A stretch of DNA of 64,000 bases, from assembly GCA_016930085.1 (NCBI GenBank), contig JAFGHO010000016.1:31340-95339 (forward strand). Reading direction: 5' to 3'. The translations under genes and the position numbers were made by a program. Shown here piece after piece: positions 37,650 through 46,744 of this stretch. The stretch's first letter is position 1. Each line of letters opens with the position of its first letter. The notes beneath the pieces were generated by a model, which saw nothing but the letters and a program-made list of their open reading frames with translations, was not told the origin of the DNA and ran no database searches. This DNA comes from Spirochaetales bacterium. Lineage in GTDB: Bacteria; Spirochaetota; Spirochaetia; SZUA-6; JAFGRV01.

Positions 37650-39533
37650 ATGAAAAGAAACCTGTTGTTTCTCTGGATTATTCTGTTGATGTGCGCAATA
37701 CTGCACACGGGCGCGGCCCTCGATTTTATCGGGAACGTTTTTCTAAACGAGTCCGTACCGGAAGAATTCGGGTCCTACTGGAACCAGGTCACCCCTGAAA
37801 ACGGGGGAAAATGGGGCGTCGCGGAATCGAAACGCGACAGCTTTTCATGGGGATGGCTCGACGGGGCATACAATTATGCGAAAAGCAATGGCATCCCCTT
37901 CAAGGAACACACATTCGTGTGGGGTAATCAGGAACCGAGCTGGATCAGTTCACTGTCCAGCAGCGAAAAAGCGGCCGAAGTCGAAGAATGGATAAAGGCC
38001 TACGGCCAGCGGTACACGGACACGGATTATATCGAGGTCGTCAACGAACCGTTACACGATCCTCCGTCGTTCGCGGACGCCCTCGGGGGTTCGGGCTCGA
38101 GTGGATGGGACTGGGTTATCTGGAGTTTCGAGAAGGCCCGCCAGTACTGTCCGAACGCACGCCTTCTCATAAACGATTACGGCATTATCAGCGATCCGGG
38201 GGCCGCAAACAATTATCTCAATATCATCAATTTACTGAAAAACGAAAACCTCATCGACGGGATCGGTATCCAATGCCATTCGTTCAACATGGACGGTGCG
38301 TCGACAAGCACCATGAACCAGGTACTCGATTCACTGGCCGCCACCGGCCTGCCCATATACGCGTCCGAACTCGATATGACCGGAGACGACAATACGCAAT
38401 TACAGCGTTACCGGGAGAAATTTCCCGTTTTGGCGGATAATTCGTCTGTCAGGGGAATTACCTGCTGGGGATATATCGAAGGATCGATATGGGAGGAAGA
38501 GGCGTACCTTCTCAGATCGAGCGGTTCCGAACGTCCCGCCCTTACCTGGCTCAAGACCAACTATCTGCTTAAAACGGACGCCTCACCGGCCCCGGCCCAA
38601 ACGCCGATTCCCACCGATGTTCCGACCCCGACACCTGACCCCCAGAATGCGTATAATACGGTGGAAGCCGAATTGTTCGTCGACATGAACGGTATCATGG
38701 TGGAAAGCTGTGATGAAGGCGGTGAAGGGATCGGATATATCGAAGACGGCGATTATTCGGCATATCTTGTCGACTTTACCGACGGGGCCTCCCGTATTGA
38801 AGTACGGGCGGCGAGTGAAAACTCCGGCGGAACCCTCGAAGTAAGGCTCGACGGCGTGTCGGGGACACTCCTGGGCACCGTGAATATCAGCGGTACCGGC
38901 GGATGGCAGTCATGGCAGACCTTCAGCGCGGACGTCGGAACCGTCAACGGCCTCAACACGATATACATGGTCTACAAGGGAGGAAGCGGCTACCTTTACA
39001 ACATCAACTGGTTCAATTTTACCGCAGGAAGCGGCTCGACGCCGCAGCCGACGGATGTGACCACGGCGCCTCCCGGACAGGAAACGCCCGTCCCGACCGG
39101 CCCGCCTGCGGGCGGAGATTGTACCAATGTTCCCGTTTGGACCGCCGACGCCGTTTATGAAACCGCCGGTATGCGGGTTCAGTACAACGGGAATCTGTAT
39201 GAAAACAACTGGTATTCAAAGAACCAGAATCCCGAACAGAACTCCGGTGAATACCAGGTCTGGACGCTTATCGGGCCCTGCGACGGCGGCGTCACTCCTG
39301 TCCCGGACCAGACCCCGGTCCCCACGCAAGCGGGGGGGCTTATCGGGGACGTGAACGGCAATGGAACGATCGATATTGTCGATGCGTTGCTTGTCGCCCA
39401 ATACTATGTGGGACTCGAACCCGCGAATTTCACCTCAGCCAGCGCGGACGCCAACTGCAGCGGGAATATCGATATCGTCGATGCCCTGCTCATCGCGCAA
39501 TATTACGTCGGGTTGATCGATCAATTCTGTTGA
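37650..39533 (+). CDS. Secreted GH10 endo-xylanase with CBM(s) and C-terminal type-I dockerin
   Basis: A signal peptide is present. The GH10 catalytic motifs are 'IEVVNEP' (acid/base) and 'ASELDMT' (nucleophile). A beta-sandwich CBM6/35-like region and a Cys-flanked CBM5/10-like module 'CTNVPVWTADAVYETAGMRVQYNGNLYENNWYSKNQNP...C' follow. Two dockerin repeats are 'DVNGNGTIDIVDALLVAQYYVGL' and 'DANCSGNIDIVDALLIAQYYVGL'. Confidence 0.8.
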   Translation: MKRNLLFLWIILLMCAILHTGAALDFIGNVFLNESVPEEFGSYWNQVTPENGGKWGVAESKRDSFSWGWLDGAYNYAKSNGIPFKEHTFVWGNQEPSWISSLSSSEKAAEVEEWIKAYGQRYTDTDYIEVVNEPLHDPPSFADALGGSGSSGWDWVIWSFEKARQYCPNARLLINDYGIISDPGAANNYLNIINLLKNENLIDGIGIQCHSFNMDGASTSTMNQVLDSLAATGLPIYASELDMTGDDNTQLQRYREKFPVLADNSSVRGITCWGYIEGSIWEEEAYLLRSSGSERPALTWLKTNYLLKTDASPAPAQTPIPTDVPTPTPDPQNAYNTVEAELFVDMNGIMVESCDEGGEGIGYIEDGDYSAYLVDFTDGASRIEVRAASENSGGTLEVRLDGVSGTLLGTVNISGTGGWQSWQTFSADVGTVNGLNTIYMVYKGGSGYLYNINWFNFTAGSGSTPQPTDVTTAPPGQETPVPTGPPAGGDCTNVPVWTADAVYETAGMRVQYNGNLYENNWYSKNQNPEQNSGEYQVWTLIGPCDGGVTPVPDQTPVPTQAGGLIGDVNGNGTIDIVDALLVAQYYVGLEPANFTSASADANCSGNIDIVDALLIAQYYVGLIDQFC

Positions 39534-39546
39534 CATATGGTTATCG

Positions 39547-39584
39547 CGGCCGCCCCGGACGAGGGTATCGGGGCGGCCGTTTTA
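39547..39584 (+). terminator. Rho-independent terminator after the xylanase gene
   Basis: The stem gcggccgcccc...ggggcggccg is followed by TTTTA. Confidence 0.65.
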
Positions 39585-39640
39585 CATACACCCCCGAAAC
39601 AAAGCGATCACCGGGACGACCATATAAGGCGGTATCGTTA

Positions 39641-40708
39641 TCAGGCGATCGTCACCTCTTTTGATAAATAGACATCCTGTATCGCGTTCAGGATTTTGAT
39701 TCCTTCCGCCATGGGTTTCTGGAAGGCCTTCCGGCCTGAAATAAGGCCCATACCTCCCGCCCGCTTGTTGATGACAGCCGTCCGGACGGCATCCGCGAGG
39801 TCGTTGGTGCCGGATGCGCCGCCCGAATTGATGAGACCGGCGCGCCCCATGTAGCAGTTGGCCACCTGGTAGCGGGTGAGATCGATCGGGTTGTCCGCGG
39901 CAAGCCGCTCGTACATCAGCTTGTCGAACTTGCCGTAACCGACCCCGCCTGAGTTCAGGGCGATATAACCGCCGTTGTTTTCCGGCAGCTTCTGTTTGAT
40001 GATGTCCGCCTCGATGGTGACACCGATATGGTTTGCCTGGCCGGTAAGGTCCGCCGAAACATGAAAATCGGCTTCCTTTGTTTTAAAGGCGGCGTTTCGC
40101 GTATAACACCAGAGGATGGTCGCCATGCCCAGATTGTGGGCTTCCTTGAACATTTGACTTACCTCCCAAATCTGCCGCCTTGATTCCGGAGAACCGAAGT
40201 AAATCGTGGCGCCAACGGCAGTGCACCCCATATCGAATGCCTGTTCGATATCGGCATACAGCGTCTGATCGTGGGTATTCGGGTACGACAATAATTCGTT
40301 GTGGTTGAACTTGAGGATGAAAGGGATTTTGTGTGAGTATTTCCGCGCGACCGAGCCCAGCACGCCGAGCGTCGAAGCGACGGCGTTGCACCCCCCTTCG
40401 ATAGCCAGCCTGACGATATTTTCGCCGTCAAAGTAGGAGGGGTTTTTCGCGAACGAAGCGCCCCCCGAATGTTCGATGCCCTGATCGACGGGGAGGATGG
40501 AAAGGTACCCCGTGCCCGCAAGGCGCCCGTGATTGAAAAGCTGTTCGAGGTTTTTCAGGACCGGAACCGGCCGGTCCGAATCAATAAAGACATCATCCAC
40601 GAAGGTGGGAGACGGGACATGAATAGAACCGGCCGGAATCGTTTTGCAAGTATGGGTAAGCAGGCTTTCCGCCTCCGCGCCGAGAACTTTTTCGATGTTA
40701 ATTGACAT
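39641..40708 (-). CDS. fbaB: Class I fructose-bisphosphate aldolase (DhnA/FbaB-type)
   Basis: An AAGGAGG RBS precedes 'MSINIEKV'. The body is a DhnA-family TIM barrel ('[12 protein letters not shown]', 'ILKFNHNEL'). Confidence 0.7.
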   Translation of the reverse strand: MSINIEKVLGAEAESLLTHTCKTIPAGSIHVPSPTFVDDVFIDSDRPVPVLKNLEQLFNHGRLAGTGYLSILPVDQGIEHSGGASFAKNPSYFDGENIVRLAIEGGCNAVASTLGVLGSVARKYSHKIPFILKFNHNELLSYPNTHDQTLYADIEQAFDMGCTAVGATIYFGSPESRRQIWEVSQMFKEAHNLGMATILWCYTRNAAFKTKEADFHVSADLTGQANHIGVTIEADIIKQKLPENNGGYIALNSGGVGYGKFDKLMYERLAADNPIDLTRYQVANCYMGRAGLINSGGASGTNDLADAVRTAVINKRAGGMGLISGRKAFQKPMAEGIKILNAIQDVYLSKEVTIA

Positions 40709-40904
40709 ACATTCCTCCTTTTTGTCGTCTCCCCGGTGCGGCCCGCCGCACCGGGGCATAACCACAATCGCTCCTCCATCCGTTATTTATACCGAGGCCG
40801 TATTTATATACATTACCGTTCACTTCCGTGACAAACAAGGATCATTTTCCACATAATCATTACCGTTTTATGCTTTCGCTATCTTTCCGGCTGCGTTACC
40901 ACCG

Positions 40905-41642
40905 TCATCGCATTCCCGTTTTCCGGCGGTAATTCTGAAAGACATGGCCGTGTCCCGGTATGATATAGTCCGATGATTCGATAATGGCGTTCATCGCTTC
41001 CGCGCACTTTTCCTTTCCCATATTACCGGCGTTATACGGCCACGCCTCCCCCCGTTCGTAATACGATTGCGAAACGATCGCGTCCCCGGCGATACAGAAA
41101 ACCCATCCCCCGTATTCCGCGAGAAGGGAGCAATGATCCGGTGTATGTCCCGGTGTCGGCAGCAAGGTGCAGCCCGCAAAGGTATCCCCTGCTCCGCAAT
41201 AACTCGGCGGCATCATGTGCGTAAAACCGCACTTTTCGGCAAGCACCTCGAGGTTCAGCCCCTTCTCCGGCCCGGTGGTGTAAAGCCGCGCGTTCGGGAA
41301 AAACGGGAGGTTGCCGAAATGATCGTGATGCCAGTGCGTGATAAAGATGCCCGCGATACTTTCGAAAGAGAGCCGTTGAAGCGTCAGATGGTAATTCAGC
41401 ATCGCTTTGTTCAATTCCCTCGAAGCGGGCTCCAGATTCCACTCATCGGCATAGCCGGTGTCGACCAGATAATGCTTTCCCCCGAAGGTAATCCGGACGA
41501 CCGACGAGTCGCCCGATTTCAGGAACTGCTTCCGGTACTCTGTGAAATCGGGATTATAACGCTCCCCCGCTTCGATACCAAGGGTTCCCGTTTTCACGAG
41601 GGCGAGTGTCTCTATCAATTGATTTCTTTTTTTTATCTTCAT
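40905..41642 (-). CDS. MBL-fold metallo-hydrolase
   Basis: 'ITHWHHDHFGN' is the HxHxDH motif, and a downstream 'PGHTPDH' is present. Its start overlaps the stop of the upstream PHP-UvrD gene by 4 nt. Confidence 0.7.
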   Translation of the reverse strand: MKIKKRNQLIETLALVKTGTLGIEAGERYNPDFTEYRKQFLKSGDSSVVRITFGGKHYLVDTGYADEWNLEPASRELNKAMLNYHLTLQRLSFESIAGIFITHWHHDHFGNLPFFPNARLYTTGPEKGLNLEVLAEKCGFTHMMPPSYCGAGDTFAGCTLLPTPGHTPDHCSLLAEYGGWVFCIAGDAIVSQSYYERGEAWPYNAGNMGKEKCAEAMNAIIESSDYIIPGHGHVFQNYRRKTGMR

Positions 41643-44600
41643 TGCGTATAATCCTTGAACAGCAAACGCTGGCGGTAATCTTCATCGGCCGTTTTTTTTC
41701 TTGCACCCTCCGCATCACTTGTCAATCGCGCGGGGATATCCCGAAGATACCTGCTTTGTTCGTTCTCCTTCCATTTTCCGAAAACCTTGCGGCGTTTGCT
41801 CCATGAAAGATACAGCAGATCTTTCGCCCTTGTTAGGGCGACATAAAAAAGCCTTCGTTCTTCATCGGGATCGCTCGACGGACCGGTCAGGGGGGTAATT
41901 CCCTCTTCGCAGCCCGCGACAAACACAACGGGAAACTCGAGACCCTTCGAAGCGTGGAAGGTAAGCAGCCGTACCGTATCCGTTTTAAAAGGGCACCCGC
42001 TTTCGTTCGGGCCGATCATACAATAGGTGAGAAATCCTTCGAGATCGGATTGAAACCGCCCGGCCGATTCGAGAAGGGCGTCCTTTTTCATGACGATCGT
42101 CTGGTCCGTCACCGGGAAACAGGGAAATGTGTCGAAAATACACTCTAAAACTGCGGGGACCCCTTTTTCTTGAAGCAGCTTGCAAAGGTCACCGTGAAAA
42201 GCCAGCAACTCATCCGTCTTCCGCTGCTGCTTCTCCGTCAAAAGCCCGCTTTCAGCGAGTCCCCTCATCAGACACCGGTCTTCCGTCTGTTTCGCGTTTT
42301 CATCAAGAAATGGAAGCGGTTCATTTTCCGAAAACACCCCGTAAAGATGAACCAGCACATCACGCAGAGAAACGATATCATTTTCGTTCAAAAGAAGGTG
42401 GAGAAGGCTGCCCGCGCAGGAGAACGGTTTTTCCGAAAAAACCGGCCGTGCGGCCCCCCCGCTAACCGGTACGCCGGCTCCCGCCAGAAACGGTACGAGT
42501 GCTTCACCCGCCGCTTTGGTCCGTGTCAGTACGGCAATGTCGGAAAACGAATACTCGCATTTTCCCGCAAAGGCGGAATCCACGGAGGTAAAACTCATTC
42601 CGCCGACGAGTTCCTCTATCCGTGAAGCAATAAAAGCCCCTTCTTCAACCGGTTCTCCCGCCCTGAAAATCAGCACTTGTTCACCCCTGCCCCTGACCGG
42701 TACGAGTGTTTTCTTCCCCGTTGCCCCGTTTTTTCCGATAACGGAAGCCGCCGAACGGAGGATTTCCTCAGTGGAACGGTAGTGATTAATGAGTGTGATC
42801 GAAACGGGTGAATATTCCCGCCCGAGGCGGAAAAACAGCTTCACGTCGGACCCCCTGAATCCGTAAATTGCCTGATCCGGATCACCGATCGCGAAAAGAC
42901 ACCGCCTGAGTCCGTCGTCTGTTTCATGATACCGCGGAAAGAGCGTCGAAACCAGCTCATACTGTCCCGGATTGATGTCCTGAAACTCGTCGATGGCGAT
43001 AAACCTGTATCGCATCCTCAGGGATTGAAGAAGTTCGGGATCTTTTTGGAGGCAGGCGCACGTGCCCGTAATGAGCGACGAAAGGTCGAATCCGCCGTAC
43101 GCCTTGACCGCATCGAGGTAGCGTTGCGCAAGGGAACGGAGCCGTTTATCTGAGGATTCCCGCGGATTCATAAAAAGCCGCTCCATCCTGTCAGCCAGAC
43201 GAAGTACCTCCTTTTTTTTCATATCGGGATTGAGTATGCAAAGCAACTCGATCCGCCTGTATTTATCGTAGATGTTCCTGATTCGTGGGAATCTCTCCCT
43301 GATAATGTCAAGGCAAAAACCGTGAAACGTACAGACCTTGATACCGCCTGAAGACTTCCCCAGCATGACCGAGAGCCTCGATGCCAGTTCCTTTGACGCC
43401 CTGTTGGTGAAGGTGATCGCAAGAACCTGGCCCGATGAGGCCTGCCCGGTTTCGATGAGGCGTGCGATCCACGATGTGAGGGTTTTTGTCTTGCCGGTCC
43501 CAGGCCCGGCCGTAATTAGGAGCGCCCCTTCGGTCGTATTCAGAACCTCCCGCTGCTCCCGGTTGAGGGTATCCTTACTTTCGGGTTCACCGCTTCTTTC
43601 GCTTTTCCCCTTTTCCCCTTTCCGGATTCCCTTGTGCCCGGATGACCGCCGTGGAGAAAATTTTTTTCTTTCCGGAAGATTGCCGGCCTCAAAAAGGCTT
43701 TCCTGGCCGAGCAGGGCTTCGAGTTCATCGGCATCGAATACCCGTATAACACCAAACTCACCGTCGAAACCCGGCTTCGGGCGAATTCTTCCTTCCCTCA
43801 TCCGTCCGATCGCCTCTCGATAAACGGGACCGAACCTTTGTTCGATATCCGGAAGCGGAACATCGAGAAGAAAGGTGAACTCGTTTCCCCCGAATCCGAC
43901 GAGTTCGGCATAGGTCGAGAGAACCCCTTTCGAGCCCGGGCCGGTTCCCGTGATTTCGGAAACGATTTCGGGCAGGGGGATACAATATCTGAAGCCCGCG
44001 GAAGCTGCCGGCTTTATTCCCTTTTCCCTGTCAGCACATTCCAGAACACGGTGCATCACCCCCACGGTAAGCTTTCCCCCGCAGACCGGACACTCACCCG
44101 AGAGTCTCCTGGTTTCTTCCGGATCGCAGCAAATCCCGCATTTCCTGTGACCGTCGAGATGGTATTTCCCTTCTTCCGGATAAAATTCGATCGTTCCCTC
44201 GAAGCCTTCTCCGGTTTTAAGGGCCCGGAACATCGCGTCATAGGTGAGACCGGTTGAAAAAATATTTGCTTCCCGGCCGAGTTTTTGGGGCGAGTGGGCG
44301 TCCGAATTGGAAATCAGGGTATAGCGGTCGAGGGCGCTCCACCGCCAGTTCATTTCCGGATCGGATGAAAGCCCCGTCTCGAGGGCGAAAATATACCCGC
44401 TTAAATCTTCGAAACATTCCTCGATCGTATCGAACCCGCTTTTCGATCCGAAAAGAGAAAACCACGGCGTCCAGACATGGGCTGGAACGAGATACGCGTC
44501 CTCCGACGCATCGAGGACGATCTCGAGCAGGTGTTTGACGTCGAGTCCGAGGATTGGCCTTCCATCGGACGAAATATTTCCGATGGCATCGAGTTTTCTG

Positions 44601-44977
44601 TTTATCTTTTCGGCAACGGCAAAGTCCGGGGCGAAAAGCACGGAATGCACCTTTCTCGTCCGGTCGCCCTTTTTATAGATCGAACTGATTTCCGCCGAAA
44701 GGCAGAAACGGATATCGATATTCCCGCACCCGGCATCGTTGAACGGAAGATTCTCCGGGAGGTCGTCCGGCGGATCTTTCAGGATGAAAAAACCGTTCGA
44801 ATCCGGTTTCAGTTTTTCCTTGAGTTCGGAAAACCAGACGGGGTGAGTAAAATCCCCGGTCCCGATCAGATTAATGCCCTTGACCCTCGCCCACCGGTAA
44901 AACCCTTCGAGGTTCGACGCTTTGCTCGTCGCGCGTGAATGACATGAATGAACGTGAAGATCCGCTATATAATTCAT
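41639..44977 (-). CDS. PHP-domain phosphoesterase fused to UvrD/PcrA-like superfamily-1 DNA helicase
   Basis: The N-terminus 'MNYIADLHVHSCHSRATS' is a PHP His-cluster. A Cys4 cluster 'CGICCDPE...CPVCGG' follows. The UvrD Walker A is 'ITAGPGTGKTKT', with 'AITFTNRASKEL', 'DEFQDINPGQYEL' (motif II) and C-terminal helicase motifs. Confidence 0.7.
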   Translation of the reverse strand: MNYIADLHVHSCHSRATSKASNLEGFYRWARVKGINLIGTGDFTHPVWFSELKEKLKPDSNGFFILKDPPDDLPENLPFNDAGCGNIDIRFCLSAEISSIYKKGDRTRKVHSVLFAPDFAVAEKINRKLDAIGNISSDGRPILGLDVKHLLEIVLDASEDAYLVPAHVWTPWFSLFGSKSGFDTIEECFEDLSGYIFALETGLSSDPEMNWRWSALDRYTLISNSDAHSPQKLGREANIFSTGLTYDAMFRALKTGEGFEGTIEFYPEEGKYHLDGHRKCGICCDPEETRRLSGECPVCGGKLTVGVMHRVLECADREKGIKPAASAGFRYCIPLPEIVSEITGTGPGSKGVLSTYAELVGFGGNEFTFLLDVPLPDIEQRFGPVYREAIGRMREGRIRPKPGFDGEFGVIRVFDADELEALLGQESLFEAGNLPERKKFSPRRSSGHKGIRKGEKGKSERSGEPESKDTLNREQREVLNTTEGALLITAGPGTGKTKTLTSWIARLIETGQASSGQVLAITFTNRASKELASRLSVMLGKSSGGIKVCTFHGFCLDIIRERFPRIRNIYDKYRRIELLCILNPDMKKKEVLRLADRMERLFMNPRESSDKRLRSLAQRYLDAVKAYGGFDLSSLITGTCACLQKDPELLQSLRMRYRFIAIDEFQDINPGQYELVSTLFPRYHETDDGLRRCLFAIGDPDQAIYGFRGSDVKLFFRLGREYSPVSITLINHYRSTEEILRSAASVIGKNGATGKKTLVPVRGRGEQVLIFRAGEPVEEGAFIASRIEELVGGMSFTSVDSAFAGKCEYSFSDIAVLTRTKAAGEALVPFLAGAGVPVSGGAARPVFSEKPFSCAGSLLHLLLNENDIVSLRDVLVHLYGVFSENEPLPFLDENAKQTEDRCLMRGLAESGLLTEKQQRKTDELLAFHGDLCKLLQEKGVPAVLECIFDTFPCFPVTDQTIVMKKDALLESAGRFQSDLEGFLTYCMIGPNESGCPFKTDTVRLLTFHASKGLEFPVVFVAGCEEGITPLTGPSSDPDEERRLFYVALTRAKDLLYLSWSKRRKVFGKWKENEQSRYLRDIPARLTSDAEGARKKTADEDYRQRLLFKDYTQ

Positions 44978-45258
44978 CCCCGCCAGATTAACAGATTCGG
45001 GGGTGATTGTACAGGGACTTTTTTTCCTGTTTCGCCGGGAGTGTATCCCCGCATCGAACGGCGGATTGACGATATCGCCGGCCCTTAGCGGCTTTGCTTC
45101 GTTACACGTTGAAGCCGCGCGTTCATGGCGTGTTTCTCCATGATTGTGCGGAAAACCGCCTGTGTTACTGCGTCTTTTCGTATTGTTTTAACGAAAAAAA
45201 AATTATAAATGTCATTTTTTTGTTTTTTTTTTATTGACTCTTTTGGAATTGTATTTTA

Positions 45259-45274
45259 CGATTTGCGCAAATCG
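45259..45274. promoter_or_regulatory. Perfect 16-bp palindrome CGATTTGCGCAAATCG in the promoter region of the precursor operon
   Basis: It lies about 110 bp upstream of the precursor ATG, between a TTGACT -35-like hexamer (45234) and the RBS. An extra CAAATCG half-site follows. Confidence 0.3.
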
Positions 45275-45382
45275 TAATGATTTACACAAATCGCAAGCGC
45301 CCGGCGATGCCGTTTTTATTCATTTGGATGACATTACCTATGCTCGTTGAGCATTGACATTTTTACGAAAGGAGGAAACCTT

Positions 45383-45529
45383 ATGTACGAATCTCCATCA
45401 ATTGAAATGCTGGGTGATTCCCAGATGAACAACGTAATGGGAGCCTTTGTTTGGGCAATAGGTCCTGTTTTTGTTGCAGTAGCAGCCGTTGTATTACTCA
45501 TTTTGTCAGTAATTGATATCACTCCGTAA
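45383..45529 (+). CDS. RiPP/bacteriocin precursor peptide (48 aa): double-glycine-type leader with a Cys-free hydrophobic core
   Basis: An AGGAGG RBS lies 7 nt upstream. The leader is MYESPSIEMLGDSQMNNVMGA and the core is FVWAIGPVFVAVAAVVLLILSVIDITP. Leader positions L-12, M-7, V-4 and G-2/A-1 fit the GG-leader consensus. Confidence 0.6.
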   Translation: MYESPSIEMLGDSQMNNVMGAFVWAIGPVFVAVAAVVLLILSVIDITP

Positions 45530-45552
45530 CTGATTATCAATTAACTGAGCCA

Positions 45553-45587
45553 CGGTCGGAATTGAGATATTATCTCTTTTCCGACCG
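45553..45587 (+). terminator. Partial terminator/attenuator hairpin between the precursor and the maturase genes
   Basis: A 9-bp stem cggtcggaa...ttccgaccg has a ~17-nt loop and is followed by a weak T-rich tract. Confidence 0.4.
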
Positions 45588-45665
45588 ATTTACATTTGTA
45601 AAAGCTCATTATCGTATAATAAAATACTGATGAAATTATAATACAAATCAGGAAAGGAGTCAACT

Positions 45666-46712
45666 ATGGCGGAATTGCAATTGCCGGTGAATACATCGAT
45701 ACAGATCAAGCATGCAGAAATCGTAAAAGGGCCCACACAAATCGCTTTCGATATCACGAACAAATGCAATTTTAGGTGCCTTCACTGTTTTAATCGAAGC
45801 AGCGAGAACGACCGGATGAACGATGAATTAACCGACAAACAGGTAAAATATTTTATAAAAGATATAATCAAAATGAAACCGTTTAATATCTGTCTGTGCG
45901 GGGGAGAACCCCTGATCAGGTTTCATTTGATATGCGACATCTCCTCGATGCTCAAGGAGAACGACATCATGGTTTCCATGGTGACGAACGGATACCTGCT
46001 GACGGAGGAAAAGGCGGAAAAATTGTTCGCTTCCGGCGTACGCCGCGTCCAGGTAAGCCTCGATGGGGCCTGTCCGGAAACCCATGAGCGATTGAGAGTG
46101 AAAAAGGGAAGTTTTAATAAAGCGATCGAGGCGATAAAAATATTCAAGACTGCGGGATTCGACGATGTCGGTGTGGCGTTCACCCCGACCAATTTCAATT
46201 GTCACGAGGCAAGCGATGTGATCGCTTTATGCCGGAACCTCGGTGTCAGGGATTTCAGGGTACAGCCATTGATGTGTATCGGCCGGGCGAAGACGAACAT
46301 GGGAAATATACTTCCTTCGAATTACCAATACCGCAACCTCGTCAAGACACTCAATGAATCAAAGACCGAATATACAGACATTAAGATCGAATGGGGCGAT
46401 CCGATCGACCATTTGATTCGCTTCCGTACCGTCACACAACACCTGAACGTCTTTCTCGTCGTTCAGGCGAACGGAGATATAGCGGCTTCCCCGTATTTGC
46501 CGATAACGATCGGCAATATTAAAAAACACTCGATTCTGAAATACTGGAAAAAGGGATTGCCGAAAGTCTGGCAGTTCGAACCGATAAAAAAAATAGCGAA
46601 TAACATCAAATGCATGTCCGATTTCTCCAAAGAACACAAGGATTTGCCGATTGTTTGGTTCGATCAGAATATTCGATACGATGTTATCGACGACAAACTT
46701 ATCAGTTCATAA
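45666..46712 (+). CDS. Radical SAM peptide-modifying enzyme (partial SPASM/twitch-like C-terminal region)
   Basis: The radical SAM motifs are 'FDITNKCNFRCLHCF' (CxxxCxxC) and 'CLCGGEPL'. 'SLDGACPETHERL' is also present. The C-terminus has only scattered Cys (NFNCHE, IALCRN, LMCIG, IKCMS), so no full seven-Cys SPASM. Confidence 0.8.
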   Translation: MAELQLPVNTSIQIKHAEIVKGPTQIAFDITNKCNFRCLHCFNRSSENDRMNDELTDKQVKYFIKDIIKMKPFNICLCGGEPLIRFHLICDISSMLKENDIMVSMVTNGYLLTEEKAEKLFASGVRRVQVSLDGACPETHERLRVKKGSFNKAIEAIKIFKTAGFDDVGVAFTPTNFNCHEASDVIALCRNLGVRDFRVQPLMCIGRAKTNMGNILPSNYQYRNLVKTLNESKTEYTDIKIEWGDPIDHLIRFRTVTQHLNVFLVVQANGDIAASPYLPITIGNIKKHSILKYWKKGLPKVWQFEPIKKIANNIKCMSDFSKEHKDLPIVWFDQNIRYDVIDDKLISS

Positions 46713-46744
46713 TATTTTAGTTATAATAAAATGGAGATGTAATC

